DNA of 57,764 nucleotides, counting the filler, from Sphacelaria rigidula (taxonomy: Eukaryota): assembly GCA_964200075.2 (NCBI GenBank). It is 7 parts of 7 records of this genome, joined end to end, with 100 filler letters (N's around TTAATTAATTAA, not from the genome) between each part and the next. Parts side by side here need not be neighbours in the genome. Positions count along the whole stretch, not along the records: positions 16,535 to 24,701 come from CAXNAA020012060.1; positions 24,802 to 32,967 come from CAXNAA020012061.1; positions 33,068 to 41,233 come from CAXNAA020012062.1; 4 more parts are not named here. One strand, written 5' to 3'. Below are positions 24,671 to 38,248 of the stretch, one piece after another. The translations under genes were made by a program, and so were the position numbers. Under the pieces are notes generated by a model, which made no database searches, was not told where the DNA came from, and was given only the letters and a program-made list of their open reading frames with translations. How positions within the stretch are numbered: the stretch's first letter is position 1; every line of letters starts with the position of its first letter.

Positions 24671-25364
24671 GGGGGGGGGGGGAGGTTGGGCACTTCCCCC
24701 CNNNNNNNNNNNNNNNNNNNNNNNNNNNNNNNNNNNNNNNNNNNNTTAATTAATTAANNNNNNNNNNNNNNNNNNNNNNNNNNNNNNNNNNNNNNNNNNN
24801 NCGCATCGGGAATCGAACCCCCGTTCTCTCCACCCTACTGGCGACAGTCGGACCATTACACCACCGGGGCGTGGCAAACTGTACTGCCAGAGGCCAGATT
24901 CTCGGTAAAAAAGGCCTCAGGCACAAAAATGGAAGCATAATACGGCAATTAGTTCAAGATTATGAAAAAAATGAAGTGCCATTACTCGACAACAGTTTTC
25001 ATACTCTCAGCTACCACAGTTCTTAGTTGGGGGTATTGGCAAGCAGAGGACACGTGTAAAATGTTAGCACAAAATTCCTGAATTGGGCTGCGCGTTACAC
25101 TTCTTGTGTGACACCATCGCACCACGTCATCTAGCTTGTATTAGAGACTTGCTTCCACAAAGGCGGAAGGTCAAAGAGTTCAAATCCCGACAGACAACAT
25201 ACACTATTTCGCAGAATCTCGTTTCGTCCTCGAGGTTCATACTTTATGCAGTACATGTTTTCTTCTTTTTTTTTTCGGCGGCAAAGCGTGCGTCAACAGG
25301 TTGGTGTGCAGTTTTGAGCGATATACTTGCATCAGGGTAATTTGGGCATTAAAAACGATATCAA

Positions 25365-25760
25365 CCCTTTTGAGAACGGGCCTCCAGAACGACCAATGAG
25401 GCTGGTAAGGAATGACAGGACTGGCGTCTGCACGAAACAGACAGCGGCGTGTGAAAGTCCGCGGATTTAACCGCAGGGTCATGAGGAAGACCGAAAGTTC
25501 CATCCAATCCATTTTCAGGTGAAGGGTGCGCATTAGGTAGTGTACATGAAATGTAGCACGCAGTATGGGTCGCGGAAGAGAGCTTCCACACGACCTTTGC
25601 AGTGGCATCACACTCGCCAACAATCCCCGAGCTTGTCGTTCGGGTCTGGTCGATAAACTTCGCTTCACCGTGATTGATCAGGTCGCTCCCTAATTTATTT
25701 TTTATTGTTTTATCGAAACAGAGTCAACCTTGTGTTAGTGGGGAGTTGGTCCCTAAAGGG
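25365..25760. mobile_element. piggyBac-like non-autonomous element (short copy)
   Basis: tcaa|CCCTTTT...AAAGGG|ttaa. Its first ~250 bp match 27500-27765 in inverted orientation. Confidence 0.65.
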
Positions 25761-26131
25761 TTAACCGTGTGCTAGAGAGGCGTGAGCTCGTAAGGCTGGC
25801 TCAGCTCGAACAGAATGTGCAAGTACCCGCTGTTGTACTCGAGCGAAGACAAATGATTGCACATTCTTGACCACCACCACACGTACACTTTTGAACCCCC
25901 ACTTCCGACTCCATCAATGCTCACCGCGGACGCGCGTTCGTATTAAATAACAGCGCAAACAGCACACACGAACACCACGGGAGTAAAAAAAAAAAGTAGC
26001 TACAATAGAGAATTTATTATAACGAAAGCGCAACAAACATTAAATCCATCCACAGCCTACGGCGTGCCCCATTGGCCCGGGCCTACTTCACGGCAAAAGG
26101 CAATGGTTTACGGTTGCCTCGGTGCACTTGA

Positions 26132-27765
26132 CCCTTTTGGGATTGAAGCTCAGTTCACCATGTGTTGGTAAACTAACAATTAACAAGTCTGAGAGTGACC
26201 TGCCCAATCAGGGTGAGGCGAAATTTATTGACCACATCCGAACGATCAGTGAGGAGGACTGTCGCCGGGAGTGATGTCACTGCCAAGTTGGTGTGTGTAC
26301 CCCGTCCCTGGCCCACAAAAAAGCGTTCGAAGCAGAAGAAAGCCCAAGCGGTCCGGGCTCGGTTTCCCGATTTTTCATTTACTTGCAATATATACTTCTC
26401 CTGTCTCACAAGTCTGTGCAGTTATGGAAGTTTGAGTGTATGTGTATTTCAACGCTGACGATCATCCTATGGTTGGGTTCGGTAGAGAGATAACGTGCAG
26501 ACGAAGCTGACTGAAAAAAAAGAGGGGAAAAACTTGTCTTCAATACTAATTATAGGTCAAAATATACCCCATTTTGGCCCTTTTTGGTCCACTTATACCT
26601 CAATGTTGACCAATTTTGAACGTCTTTACGTCGAGCACTAGCGATCAAATGCTGAAAATTTGTCAGATGGAGCGTGCGTACGTTAACGTCCCGGAGATAT
26701 CCAAATCAGTGGTGGTTTCGCGATTTTCACGATTTTTTTCACGATTTCCGGGTCTGCTGTGCTTTACTGGGGGAAAAAGCGAAAAATGCTCAAATTTTGA
26801 CCGACTCATTTTTTTTCGGTCGCGAGTCTGCCTGGGTCAAGCACCCAGGTTGAAGAAAGAGTATTGTTTTCAGCTCAAAAAACGCCAACGAATGCAGCCT
26901 AAACATCGAAAATCAAATCGGACATGGTTGAGGGCTCATACAAACATAACTGCACAGACTCATGAGACGGAGGAAGTATAGGTCCGATCTTCAATACCCC
27001 GTTTTTTTTTGGGGTCACCATCCTTTAGTAAAACCTAGTTGATTTCTCTACATAATGCTCGGGGGGAATTCGGGAATAAGTGTACCCTACTATACATGTG
27101 GTCATGTTTACAAAGCGACTGAATCTGGCAACGCCATGGGACGAGAGACGGAGCTAGAGGCATGAGTTCTGCGTATCCCTCTGTCGAAACGGTACAAGCG
27201 GCGGTGAGGTCGGATGTAATTGACGGTAACGAATAAGCTGTGTAAATGCACCTGATCTCCGTTGCGGAGAACTGCCTAGAACATGTGAGGGAGTATGCAG
27301 CGGCAGCTGCTGCTGCTGCACTCGAACAGGCGTGCTGCACTGCACTGTATCTGTGGCACAACGCCCATGCCATCGCCATCCGAAGAGAATTTGCCGCGTG
27401 CAGAAAGAGGAAAATCACGGCCCACCCCGACCACGAAGGGCTATGTGGCAAGGTGATGGGGATAACATCCAAGGCCACAAGTCACTGGCGGCGGTTGCCA
27501 CACCCTGTTCAACGCTCTCCACGGCGACTCATACTGCTTGATACATCTATACATTACCTGATGCGCACAACACCCGAATTATAGTACCGACAGTGTGTAC
27601 CTGCACCTGAAAATAGACTGGATGAAACTTTCGGTCTTCATCTAACCCTGCGGTTACATACATACGCGGGTATTTAGCGCAATGAAGCCACTGTTTCATG
27701 CACATGCAGGACACGTCATTCCCGACTAGCCTCGTTGGTCGTTCTGGAGGCCAGCCCCAAAAGGG
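26132..27765. mobile_element. piggyBac-like non-autonomous element (long copy, opposite orientation)
   Basis: ttga|CCCTTTTGGG...CCCAAAAGGG|ttaa. Confidence 0.6.
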
Positions 27766-29109
27766 TTAATCGCGTATCTTGACTCTGCCTCGCTCAAAAG
27801 TGAGGCATCTCAGGCAACAAGCATGATCTCAGGCGACCCGTTACAGATACGGATATCTCAGGCAAAAACCAGAGGCCATATCTTTTTGATACACCAGTAG
27901 AAAAGAAGCAGGGAAAGGAACCAAGCAATGCAGCTTGCCGGCCCACTGCAACCAATGCGGTCATAGCGAAGATACACAAAACTGGCTTCCTGGGAAAAGG
28001 GGTAGGCTTAGTTCCTTCTGCGCGTTTTTTTTCATGAGTTTTTTTTTCTTGTCTTCAAGCCCCGTTTCAAGTTTTTTTAGCGCAAATTAGGCACACGCTT
28101 TATGCGCCTTATTCTTGTCCCTGTTGTAGCGTTGTGGCGGTATCCCCTCACGAGGCGCGACTTCTAGCATGAGGAGAAGACGACAAGTTGGGCATTCGAA
28201 GTTTTGTTGATTATTTATATTTTGAAATGAAGCTTTTCTTCCGTTGTTGAGTTTGGAGTCCACAACCTGCACACCTACACCCTAACCCACGTGCGGGAAC
28301 AACAAACGCCACTACACTTACGATACTTGATACAGCAGTGCGGCATTGTAGCCTCCGGACACAGGGCATTGCAGCGTTTTACCTCTCGCCCGGCAAGCTA
28401 CAAGCTTCAAGCTACCACCACCACCCCACATCATCTACCGTCAGTCGAAATTGAAAGCCTTGTCGAACTACCGGTATCGATTGTAGTTCATCATAACCGA
28501 GGATTCGATCCCGTCACCTAACGCCTTCTCCTGCCGGGAGTTCAAGCACCCCCTCAAAATCGAAAACACTCGATCCATGGACGCGGACGATGGCTGGATA
28601 AGAACAATATCCATCGCCAATAGATATCAACTGTGAAGCCTGTTCTTGCTGTCATCTCAAAACGACACCAAACCGTACTCCGAGTGCGCGCCTGAGGCCG
28701 CGACCAAAAAGTTGTCCTTCTCGGACAGTAGGCCGGCCATGACCTCGTCAGTTATAAACGCTGTCATCACTCGAAATCACTTCTCTCTGTTGGTGCTGCT
28801 GTTACTACTGCTGTCTGCTGTACAAAGTACAAGTGTATTATATATTTAGCACCCAGTCACATTTTCGAAAGCAACCTAGTACCATGTGTATTAAATATAA
28901 AGTTGAGCAGTCTGCTTATCAGACCAGCAACAAAATAGGCACACAAAACATGACCATGGAAATTTGGAGTATCAAGTGTTGAAGCCTGAAGCCTGACGCC
29001 TGTCGGCTTGTCTGGTGACGAGTTACGCCACATGGAGCACTTGCGAGCAAAACAATATCGCAACTTCATGCGCGTTTGAAGCAAGTTGAGCTCGTTTCAC
29101 GCGTATTAA

Positions 29110-29207
29110 CCCTCAGACCGCGAGGGTCGTCTATCTGGATCACGGATTCAGTTTTCAAGTGAAATTGATGCCGACACATCAGATGGCCCACTTCCGCTGT
29201 CTAAGGG
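29110..29207. mobile_element. 98-bp piggyBac-like MITE with TTAA target duplication
   Basis: TTAA|CCCTCAGACCGCG...CGCTGTCTAAGGG|TTAA. Confidence 0.75.
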
Positions 29208-29719
29208 TTAAGCCGATTATAAGCTTTGCGCTAAACAGGCCTATTGAAGCTAATGAAAACGAAATTAAGCTAAACTTTGTGCGCGCATACGGAACTAAAG
29301 CCGAAAGAGGGGTCATCCTTTCCGGACTGGACGTCGGAAACCTGGCCGTAAATATCAACGGGCGTGAGTGAAAGGCATGACACTGAGACGGTTATCCGCT
29401 TTCATGAATGGAGCGTCTTGTAGCATCAACTGTAGGGTGATCACATGGGGTACTGCTACCGGCGAGGATGAGATCATGATACTCAGCACCAACAGACTGG
29501 CCCTCGCAGCTGATGTGGAATATGACAATGGGAACGGCTTTTCAACACCCAGTTTCAAGATGCTCACGGATGGTGATTACATCGTAGGAAGGGGCAGTAC
29601 AAGGGTGGAGGTGGAGCTGTTAAATATGATAAATTAACGCGAAACATCCTCACCCTACCAAGAGGCACCTCTAGGAATTCTGTTCTTCGATCGAAGAATA
29701 TTTTGCTACAACACGAGCT

Positions 29720-30255
29720 AATGCCGAGAGGTTAGAGGTCGCCTGCTGAATCGACATCAGTATTCTCTTGAAAAATGTCTGCGGTATTCAGACGGACTAC
29801 CCGCATCGCGGTCGAAGGGTTGACCCCCAGACAACGGGGGTAGTACCTAGTACCTTCGTACCCTTTGGTCGGAAGGATAGTCCATCGGGATCATATATAC
29901 TTTCTTTCAAGTAAAATTGATGCCGATTCAACAAGTGCCCTCCTCTTGCTGTCGAAGGGTTAACCCCTTGACCGCGAGGATACTACGTCATTTGGTAATA
30001 CAGGACTTTTTCAGGTAAAACTGACGTTTACACAAGGTGACCTCACCTATGCTTGCGGTCAGAGAGTAACTGACTCCTTTGACCGCCAGGGTGAGCGATC
30101 TGTGAAATCGGTATAATTCATCTTATTTTTCTGCTGTAAAAGATGCCGATTCAACATATCGCATAACCCGCGAGCTCATGCAATATGCTGAATCAGTATC
30201 GATTGCACTTGATGACTGCATAGTCAAATACCTACCCTCGCGGTGAAGGGGTAGA
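29720..30255. mobile_element. Cluster of about 5 further diverged copies of the ~100-bp MITE
   Basis: Recurrent ccc-tt-gaccgc / gcggtc-aaggg ends and an internal tgatgccgattca core, in both orientations. Confidence 0.65.
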
Positions 30256-30329
30256 CTCTAACCCTTACCCCAACTCCCACACTGATGTGGTTGTACTGAT
30301 GGTGCATAATAAAGCTAAAAGACACAGCT

Positions 30330-30860
30330 TTTACATTTTTTTCGGTTTTTGGGGCAGTTTCGAGGAGAAATGAACACTGCTCTTGGGCCCTGTCTCATTT
30401 TTCATAAATTTTTAGAATTGTGATTCGAAACTCAGGATAAAAAACCACAGACGTATGCTCAAAAAAAAAAGTGAACCCCAAGTTTTGTTTTTTGTTGGGA
30501 GAGATTCGGGTCTTTTCTTCAACAAAAAATTGGTCGTCACCACACTCAATTACTCTAAACCAGTGAAGAAAACGAACAAGAATCAACCTGACTCACTTCG
30601 TTTCGTCAATTATGCCCTAGCCACGGCCCACACGAAGTTTCGATACACACACCAAAAGTGGGCCGGTGCAAAACACCGTTTCGAATGTCTTCTGACGCCG
30701 TCACTAAACGTCCCGTTCACCGGACAATATTTAGAGTTGGACCCTGAAATTCGGTGTGGACAGAGAATAGGGCATAATAAAAACGGATACCAGTGCACAC
30801 AAGGTTCTTTTTTTTTCATGAGTTGAGGGCAATAATCAGTTTTCAGGGATCAGCAAAGAT
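30330..30860 (+). repeat. ~530-bp dispersed repeat (second copy ~45950-46495)
   Basis: Shared gagaaatgaacactgctcttgggccct...ccgtcactaaacgtccc...ttcatgagt. Confidence 0.85.
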
Positions 30861-33067
30861 TTGAGGGTTGACGGCGACGCTTGTCGTCTAAGGGTTGATC
30901 AATGACAAAAAATATTGGCCCGAATTTTCGAGCAGATCAACACTTGCTTTTGGTGAGACGATTAATATAAGATGCGGACCATGGCCTAATTCATGGTTCA
31001 TGTCGATGAAATATTGCTTTGGAGAGCTCAAAGCCGTTTCTAGGATGGCCCAGCTCGTAGCGCGGCTGCGCCTTTTCCTGAACGTTTTCTTGTACATATA
31101 TTTTCCCGTGCCGTGTATGAGTTCTTCCGGAGATCGCGACCGGTTCGGTCAAGTCGGAAGATATAAATTGTTGTACACTAGGTACAAGATGTTTGTGAGA
31201 TTGGAACAAACATGCGTCTCCGTTTCATGTTCACTGCTGCTGCTGAAGTAGAAAATCGAGAGAGTTTTCACTTTCTGTTTTCATCATTTGTTTCCAACAG
31301 GAACGGTGGAGGAACCAACTGCGCAACGGCCGTTTGGTACCGCCCGCTCTACTGTCTTAGATATCATATCCACTCTTGCTCGTCGTTCATACTCGCAATC
31401 CTGGAGCGAGTTTAGGTGTTTTTGTTTTATATCCGAGATGAACATTCCGAGAGAGGGCCTATTCTTACGAGGGCTTAGCAACGCAAGAATACCGAGATCC
31501 TCGAGAAACGACGAACGGGACCGGGACGCAGCCCCGAGTCCCGTGCATCTTGTACCTATAATAAAAATATAACATTTTTATGCCGGCTGGGAACACCGCG
31601 CAGTCAAGTTACAGCATGTACAGTTCAGTCAGTGAGTAGCAGCGCAAAACTCTTCGCCGTACACCGCCTTCCCCAGCGTGGCGGCTGTAGGTCTGCGAGA
31701 GTATCACGTCGGTAACCACCGGTCTTGCCAAAGCCAGCTCGACTCAATACTCATTATTCAGTGATCACCGCGACTGGAAAGTCATAGTCCAGCCGGCAAA
31801 TTTGCTCCGCGATGGCCACAAGAACAACTGACACACCAAAACTCCTCGGTTTCGGGCTCCTCACGGCGAGGCGAAGCTTGGGTGATCGAATGATCGTTCA
31901 ATTCCGTATGCTGGCGAAGAAATAGGAAAAATAAGGTTTTTGCCCATTTCATTTGGTCATTTTATTTTTCTCGACCGCTAAGGGGGGGGAGGCGACGTCA
32001 TTTCCCGGTATGGGGCTCCTCGGAGTTCCTGGTATATTTGACGAAAGTTTCAGGAGTTCCTGGACTACGAGTCTGACACAACTCAATGGAGATCCCGAAA
32101 CAAAATCGAGGAATCTTGAAATGGATCTCTGACATATAATAGACCCTCCCCGGTTTATGGGCCGAAGGGGAACAAATAACACTCAAGGACAGCTTCCATG
32201 AAGACTATTGCTTTTTATGCCCGTTTTTTTCTTTCATGAAGGCTTCCTTTTTGTGGCGAGAGCCGCCGTGTAATAACAGCTAAGATGGGGTTTAACCACA
32301 ATTCGAAAAACCAAGAATTCACGTTAAATAGTACCACCACTGGAAAGCATCTTCGCAAGCAGAGTTTCGATGACGATATCACCAGAGGAGCAACGGCGGA
32401 GAGAAAGCTCCTACCCGGTGTCCTTTGTGTGTCCTCGTTCGGCGATTTCCAATCGCTGCAGAGATTGGCATCATGTTTTAGTACCAGCACATACCCAACT
32501 TGCAATGTGCGGGCAGGCGGGTTGTTGTAGCACAGCCGCGGGGACAAAATCGCGGGATGCCCCGGTTGTCTCCCGTCTCGCGCTGACCAATGCAAATATC
32601 GATGTCTCCCTGTGTCTCTGCTTGGACAGGGAGTGCCTCTGTGCGCAGTGCAACACATCGTTGAAAAGCAGGGTGATGTTCCTGTCACCACTACTGTTTT
32701 CTCAGAAAAATATGCGAGCAAGGACGCTGCGCGCTGGCGGCAAGATCTAGTAATCGGAAGCTGGGGGGTATTATTGCAGTCGTTGATTTCACCCGACGTC
32801 TGCGAAACAAGGACAATGGACAGTCTGCCACATTCCACTTGGGGGGATGGATGTACGAGAGATCTAACATCCCTGCCTGCAACCGGTCGCATGCATGGTG
32901 TGTGTGTGTGTTGGGGGGGGGGGGGGGGGGGGGTTCTGTGGGAAAACAATGTTTTTTGGGGGGATTCNNNNNNNNNNNNNNNNNNNNNNNNNNNNNNNNN
33001 NNNNNNNNNNNTTAATTAATTAANNNNNNNNNNNNNNNNNNNNNNNNNNNNNNNNNNNNNNNNNNNN

Positions 33068-33116
<49 letters not shown>

Positions 33117-33271
33117 CAATAATAACAACAACAACAACAACAATAATAATAATAATAATAATAACAATAATAATAATAACAATAATAATCAACATAATAA
33201 CAATAACAGTAATGATAATACTAATAATAATAATAACAAAAATAATTATAATATCAACAACAATAACAACA

Positions 33272-33303
<32 letters not shown>

Positions 33304-33437
33304 GACTAGTAATAATAATAATCATAATCATTATCATAATAATAATAATAATAATAATAATCATAATAATGATATTGATAATAAAAATAATAATCATAAT
33401 CATAATCATAATCATAATAATAATAATAATAATAATA
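33068..33437 (+). repeat. Imperfect (AAT/AAC/CAT)n microsatellite
   Basis: Directly visible. Confidence 0.95.
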
Positions 33438-33994
33438 TGCTTCAAAAATGTTCGAGTTCTCGGAGAAAGAACGAACACTTTTCCTACATGTCGAAGACTT
33501 CTGGAAATGGTAAAAAATCAGGAATCCGGCCCAAAGTAAAACTGGGCGCACGGAAATCGGAAAGCACTAGCAGAATCTTGCAAAATCGCTCAGACCAACC
33601 CTGCGAAGCGAGCGAGAGTGCATTCCGACGCTTCCTCACCCCAGCTGAAACTATGTTAGAGGACACGCCCTTTGCGAGCTCGTGTCTCGGTCCCACACGT
33701 ACCGATCTCAAATAGCACCGAACCGCACGCAAGTCGTGTGTGTATGTGTGTGTATGTGTGTGTGTGTGTATGCGCGCGCGCGCGCGCGTCACAAGTACCT
33801 CTCGAGTTTTGGAATATGCAAATACGTTCAAGTGTCAAGTGGCATCAGCACATGGAAGTCCGGGACGGCAAGTAGCTGAATGATGTGTGTTGTGTTGTCG
33901 TCCCTTTTCTTCTGGGCGCCAGTCTGCCCCTTTCGGTATATATATGTGGGCGCATCAGCCGGGGTCACACAGGAGGAAGGACAACAAAGGAGCT

Positions 33995-34238
33995 TTTCTT
34001 TTTTCTTTTTCTTTTTTTCCCCACCTTCCTTCTGCGGTGCTTGCCTCTATTTTTATCGCGAGAGGGGTTCAGCAGTCCCTTTCCCTCGTCAACCGTCAAG
34101 TTGAACTTTGTGTACCCACGGCATAGTCGCTCTCTACTGTTGAGCATGTTGTGAGAAAGATTCCAGATCACTCCAGGAATCGAACCCCCCTACTCAACCA
34201 TCAGAGGGTTACGAGGGTACCAACTAAGCCACCGGGGC
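33995..34238 (-). mobile_element. tRNA-derived SINE
   Basis: Minus strand reads GCCCCGGTGGCTTAGTTGG (A box)...GGTTCGATTCC (B box), then an unrelated body and an A-rich tail. Related heads at 24802-24869 and ~21895-21926. Confidence 0.7.
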
Positions 34239-37200
34239 GACCGGCTATGAGTTTCGTATTTGTCCTCGTCATTTGACCCCTTTCAATCCTTGGGACGGGT
34301 CTGTACCCCGAAGGGACGAACCTATACCCCCCCGCCGGTACATGCCTGACGTTTTGGTATCGTGGATAGAAACAACACTAGTTCTGCTACTCCCGCACTG
34401 CGGCGAATCTCAGCGATTCTTCTTTGCTACTCGCGTCCGTTCGTTTCTAAGCGTGAGCGCATTTATGTGCACGAGTACCATAATTCTTCCTTGCTACTCA
34501 CGTCCGTTCGTTTCTAACCGTGAGCGCATTTGTGTGCACGAGTACCACACCCGTGGACAGATAGCACCCCGTGTGGCGCACTGTGCAGGGTCCGTGCAGT
34601 GTCCTCCACAGACTTCGTGAAAAAACCCTGACAGCGAACATCCAAATCTGTACCCCTCGTAGCGTTTTGATAGGTTTTTCTCCAGGGTAAAATTTGCAGC
34701 CCTGCGTAGGCTTGTCGGCAAAGCCCCGAACAGTCATGTGGCAGTGTTTTGATGAAAAACCCTGACGTTTTTTTAATTTAGTTCCAAATATTTTGGTACA
34801 AAATCTGTAAATTTATATATTTTCAACAGCTTGTCCTCCTCTCCGAGGTAGATCCCTCTTCACCCGATTTGAATCGGGCAATAAGGAATTTATTTTGGAC
34901 AGCAGGACAAGCTATTCAAAACAGATCCTTTTCTCGCCCAATATATTTCGGCCAAAAAAATATTTATTTCGAACAGCAGCAAAAGCTGTTGAAAATCGAT
35001 CCCTTTTTCGCCCATTTTTGAAATGAGCGAAAAAAGGATCTATTTCGAACAGCTTCTACTGCTGCGCAAATCCCACGCACACTGGTAGATTTGAAATTTG
35101 AACAGCAGAAGGAGCTCGAAGTAAATCTTCACTTTGCCCTCGAATTCATCCAGAGATTGAAGGAAAAGATATTTATTGCGAGCAGCGTCAGCTGGGCAAA
35201 TCCCGCATACTGCACCGCTACCAGCGCATGCGATCCGACACGCAGGAAAGGTTGTTGAAAGGGATGTCATCCTGTTGCCCCCCAGTCCATGTGTACATGG
35301 GCTAAAGGATGAATAGCTCTCAACAGCTTTTGCTGAATAGAGATCCCACACGTTGGATACGTGTGTATGCCCACACCTGTGATTCAAGCGAACCACCTGG
35401 TAGGCGTGATAAGATGCTGCGTGAACGGGGTATACCTCACCCCCAAATTGACATACCTCACAAAAAAAACGTATTCCAGGGTCTACCAACACGAACCATG
35501 TTCAGAAAAAGTCACTTGATCAATCGTATATTAATAGTATACAGACCATCACCCCAAGATATCTACTCCGTATATATCACCGATCGGCTGCCTTCGCACA
35601 ACAGTAGTATTCCCAGCTATACCACCACAACCCGCCTGCAGCAAAGAGCACGGGTTGAGTACAGGGATATAGGCACATACACACTGCCGTGGGTGGATAT
35701 GATGTATTTCTTGTTGGTGGAAACTTGAGCATCTTCTTTCATGGTCGCGGACATCGCGCAGCGACGACATACGCGGGATGTAGCAGGCGGTCGCGAGGAA
35801 CAACTAACCGGCCGCTTATTATGCATACACACTCACCATATGCATGCTGGACGCACCGATAACATAGCGCAGCATATAGAGCAGGTCGTACGTTATGCTG
35901 CACGTTTCAAGTCCTTTTCACGTCGCACTGCAGGTAAAGAACATATATATACATTGTCCTGCGCTGTCTATACTGTACTTTCCCCCTTCCCTTTCACGCC
36001 CTACTTACTGTGCTGCAGCAGCTGTGCGCATACGCTATGGGACGCGCGCGTGTAATACTGGAGTTCGTGACGGTATATAACACCCGCCCCATATGTCAAA
36101 ATAAGCTGCAGTCATCTACATCTTATATATAGCCAGCCATCTGCAGTACATGGTGCCGCACGTATAAGCACGGTATAGCGCACCGTCCCGCATGCAATGG
36201 TATTGTACAGTCCAGAACAGTTCATTGTTGTGAATATATATCCCGAGTACGCAGTATATATCAACCGCGCGATGAGATGTTTCATTATTCCCTGTATATT
36301 GTTTTAGTTTGGTCGACACGGGACTACGGGGTTTTCATCAGGTATATCCATTCATAAGCGAGGTAAATTGCGCTCCGTTATCATTACCTCAGCTGCAACG
36401 AAAGCTTGCGTGCAGTATGTGGGACTTGAACAGCTGAAGCTGCTCGCGAGCAAGTTCTTTCGGTACCCAATTTCAGGTATCGGCGGTGTACAAGTTCCGT
36501 CTGCTATATATAGTGTATATGGGATTATATGTACACCTTAAGCTCTTCGAAAAACAATTCACTTGTGCGTCTAAAAACAATTCGGGGGATTTCAGTGTTG
36601 ACACGGACCTTCGAGGACCCCAAAGTTGAAAATCCCCATAATTCATAAGTACTAATAATACCCCCTGTTCATCATGTCTACCATGTGTAGCTCAGTATAA
36701 AGCTAGATAACTATGTAACGATGAGGTTGGGGGGTTGATTTCCCGTCCCACCTGGATCAGTCCTTTTTTTCCGCCAGTACCTTGCCCGCGGCCGCATGTC
36801 GAGGGTAGTGTTTGTGCGTAAACACACTCCACAGCATTGCCAGCAGCGATGAACTCTTCACGGGGCGACGGAACCCTGTGATGCACACTATTCATGACTA
36901 CTGTAGAGAAACCCCGTGAAGCGTACTGTAGAGAAACCCCGTGGAGCGTCCTGCGCTACGCTGGGAAACAATGTACAGTGAAATTCCCACCAGAAACTCT
37001 CCGCAGGGTACGTAGACCCTGTAGACCCCTTTCACAACGTGCTATCTGTCCACGTGTGCATACCTGGACTTCCAGAAACATCGGACACATTATCTGCTGT
37101 CCTCCTTTCTACCAGCCGACTGCACATGTCTCAACACAATGAGGGTACGAAAACCCAATCGGCGGGTCAAAAACTCCGTTTGGAAAGGCTAGAATCCTCA

Positions 37201-38216
37201 AACATGTATACTTGTAAATGTGTTGTAGCTTTTAGTTGTTCAAATATATAAGTCCATTATCTGCAAGAGACTAAACTATCTGTGCGCTGATGCTTTACAA
37301 GCAGACCACCTCATATGGTAAACAAAAAATAACCCGCTTACAACTTTTGCCTGTCACCGTCGCTCAAGTCTAATATCCGTGTGCCCCTCACATTTTGAGG
37401 TCCCTCTATGAATGAAAAGCATCCAATGACGTCGTTTCCGGTGAAACACGCATGATCGGGATTCCCGGAAGCTAGACCGCACCTCCACTCACTCCAAAAC
37501 AAAAAACATTTCGATCATGCGTACGTGCATGTTTTGATCCGCCGACGGCGGCTTTCGCGTCGCTCGGCCAGATGAGAAATACCACACACGAATGGTTCGC
37601 TCCACTGTCTGGAAGGATCGCGGCACTTTTGACGGTCCAAGATTCGCTCGGTCTGGCTTAGGGTCGGAAGTGGAAGGTAGATCGAATCGGAGGAATAAAG
37701 ACAGCCACTTCCGATTGTCACACACGGGCAGCGCTCTTCTGGGAACGCGTACACTTGGGAATCAGGGAGATCTGTACGCTTTTGTGTACTTCCGGCCCGA
37801 CGTCATACCACGCGCACTATGCAAAAACTCAGACATTGAAAAAAGTCATTCGGAGGTGACACCATGCGCCTGGCCGTACTGTGAGGCCAAAAGCGCGGCC
37901 TAGAAACCGAGATATGTACTCTTGATGGAAGTTCCTTCGTGTTTACATGACAATTGTTTTCATGACACGATCGCTGTAGATCTGTCTCCCACACATGGTG
38001 TCAAGTCTGAACGGCATCTTGCGCAGACTGTCTTTTCGGTGGAAGTGGAAGTTCTCCCCCATGAATGCTGGATTCGTTTTCATGTTTCGGAGTGCTGCTC
38101 CAGTGTCGGGTGATTTCGCGATTTTTATTCTTACGGGGATGAATTTCGCGGGAGCCCTGGAGATGGGCATTTACGTCGTGGAGTCCCCGAAAACTAGCAC
38201 ACACACATATACACAC

Positions 38217-38248
<32 letters not shown>

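Noticed and set aside
24802-24870. tRNA genes suggested by GGTTCGA B-box motifs (also ~2370, 43410, 43965)
   Set aside because: No complete cloverleaf is visible. They are better explained as SINE heads.
28096-28740. Candidate first exons of the ArfGAP gene (MAGLLSEKDN..., ...NRDKNKAHKA)
   Set aside because: They lie across an artificial linker on an unrelated contig and are not phase-compatible with each other.
32215-32949. 244-aa minus-strand ORF
   Set aside because: It starts in a G/C run at a contig end and shows no recognisable domain or splice structure.
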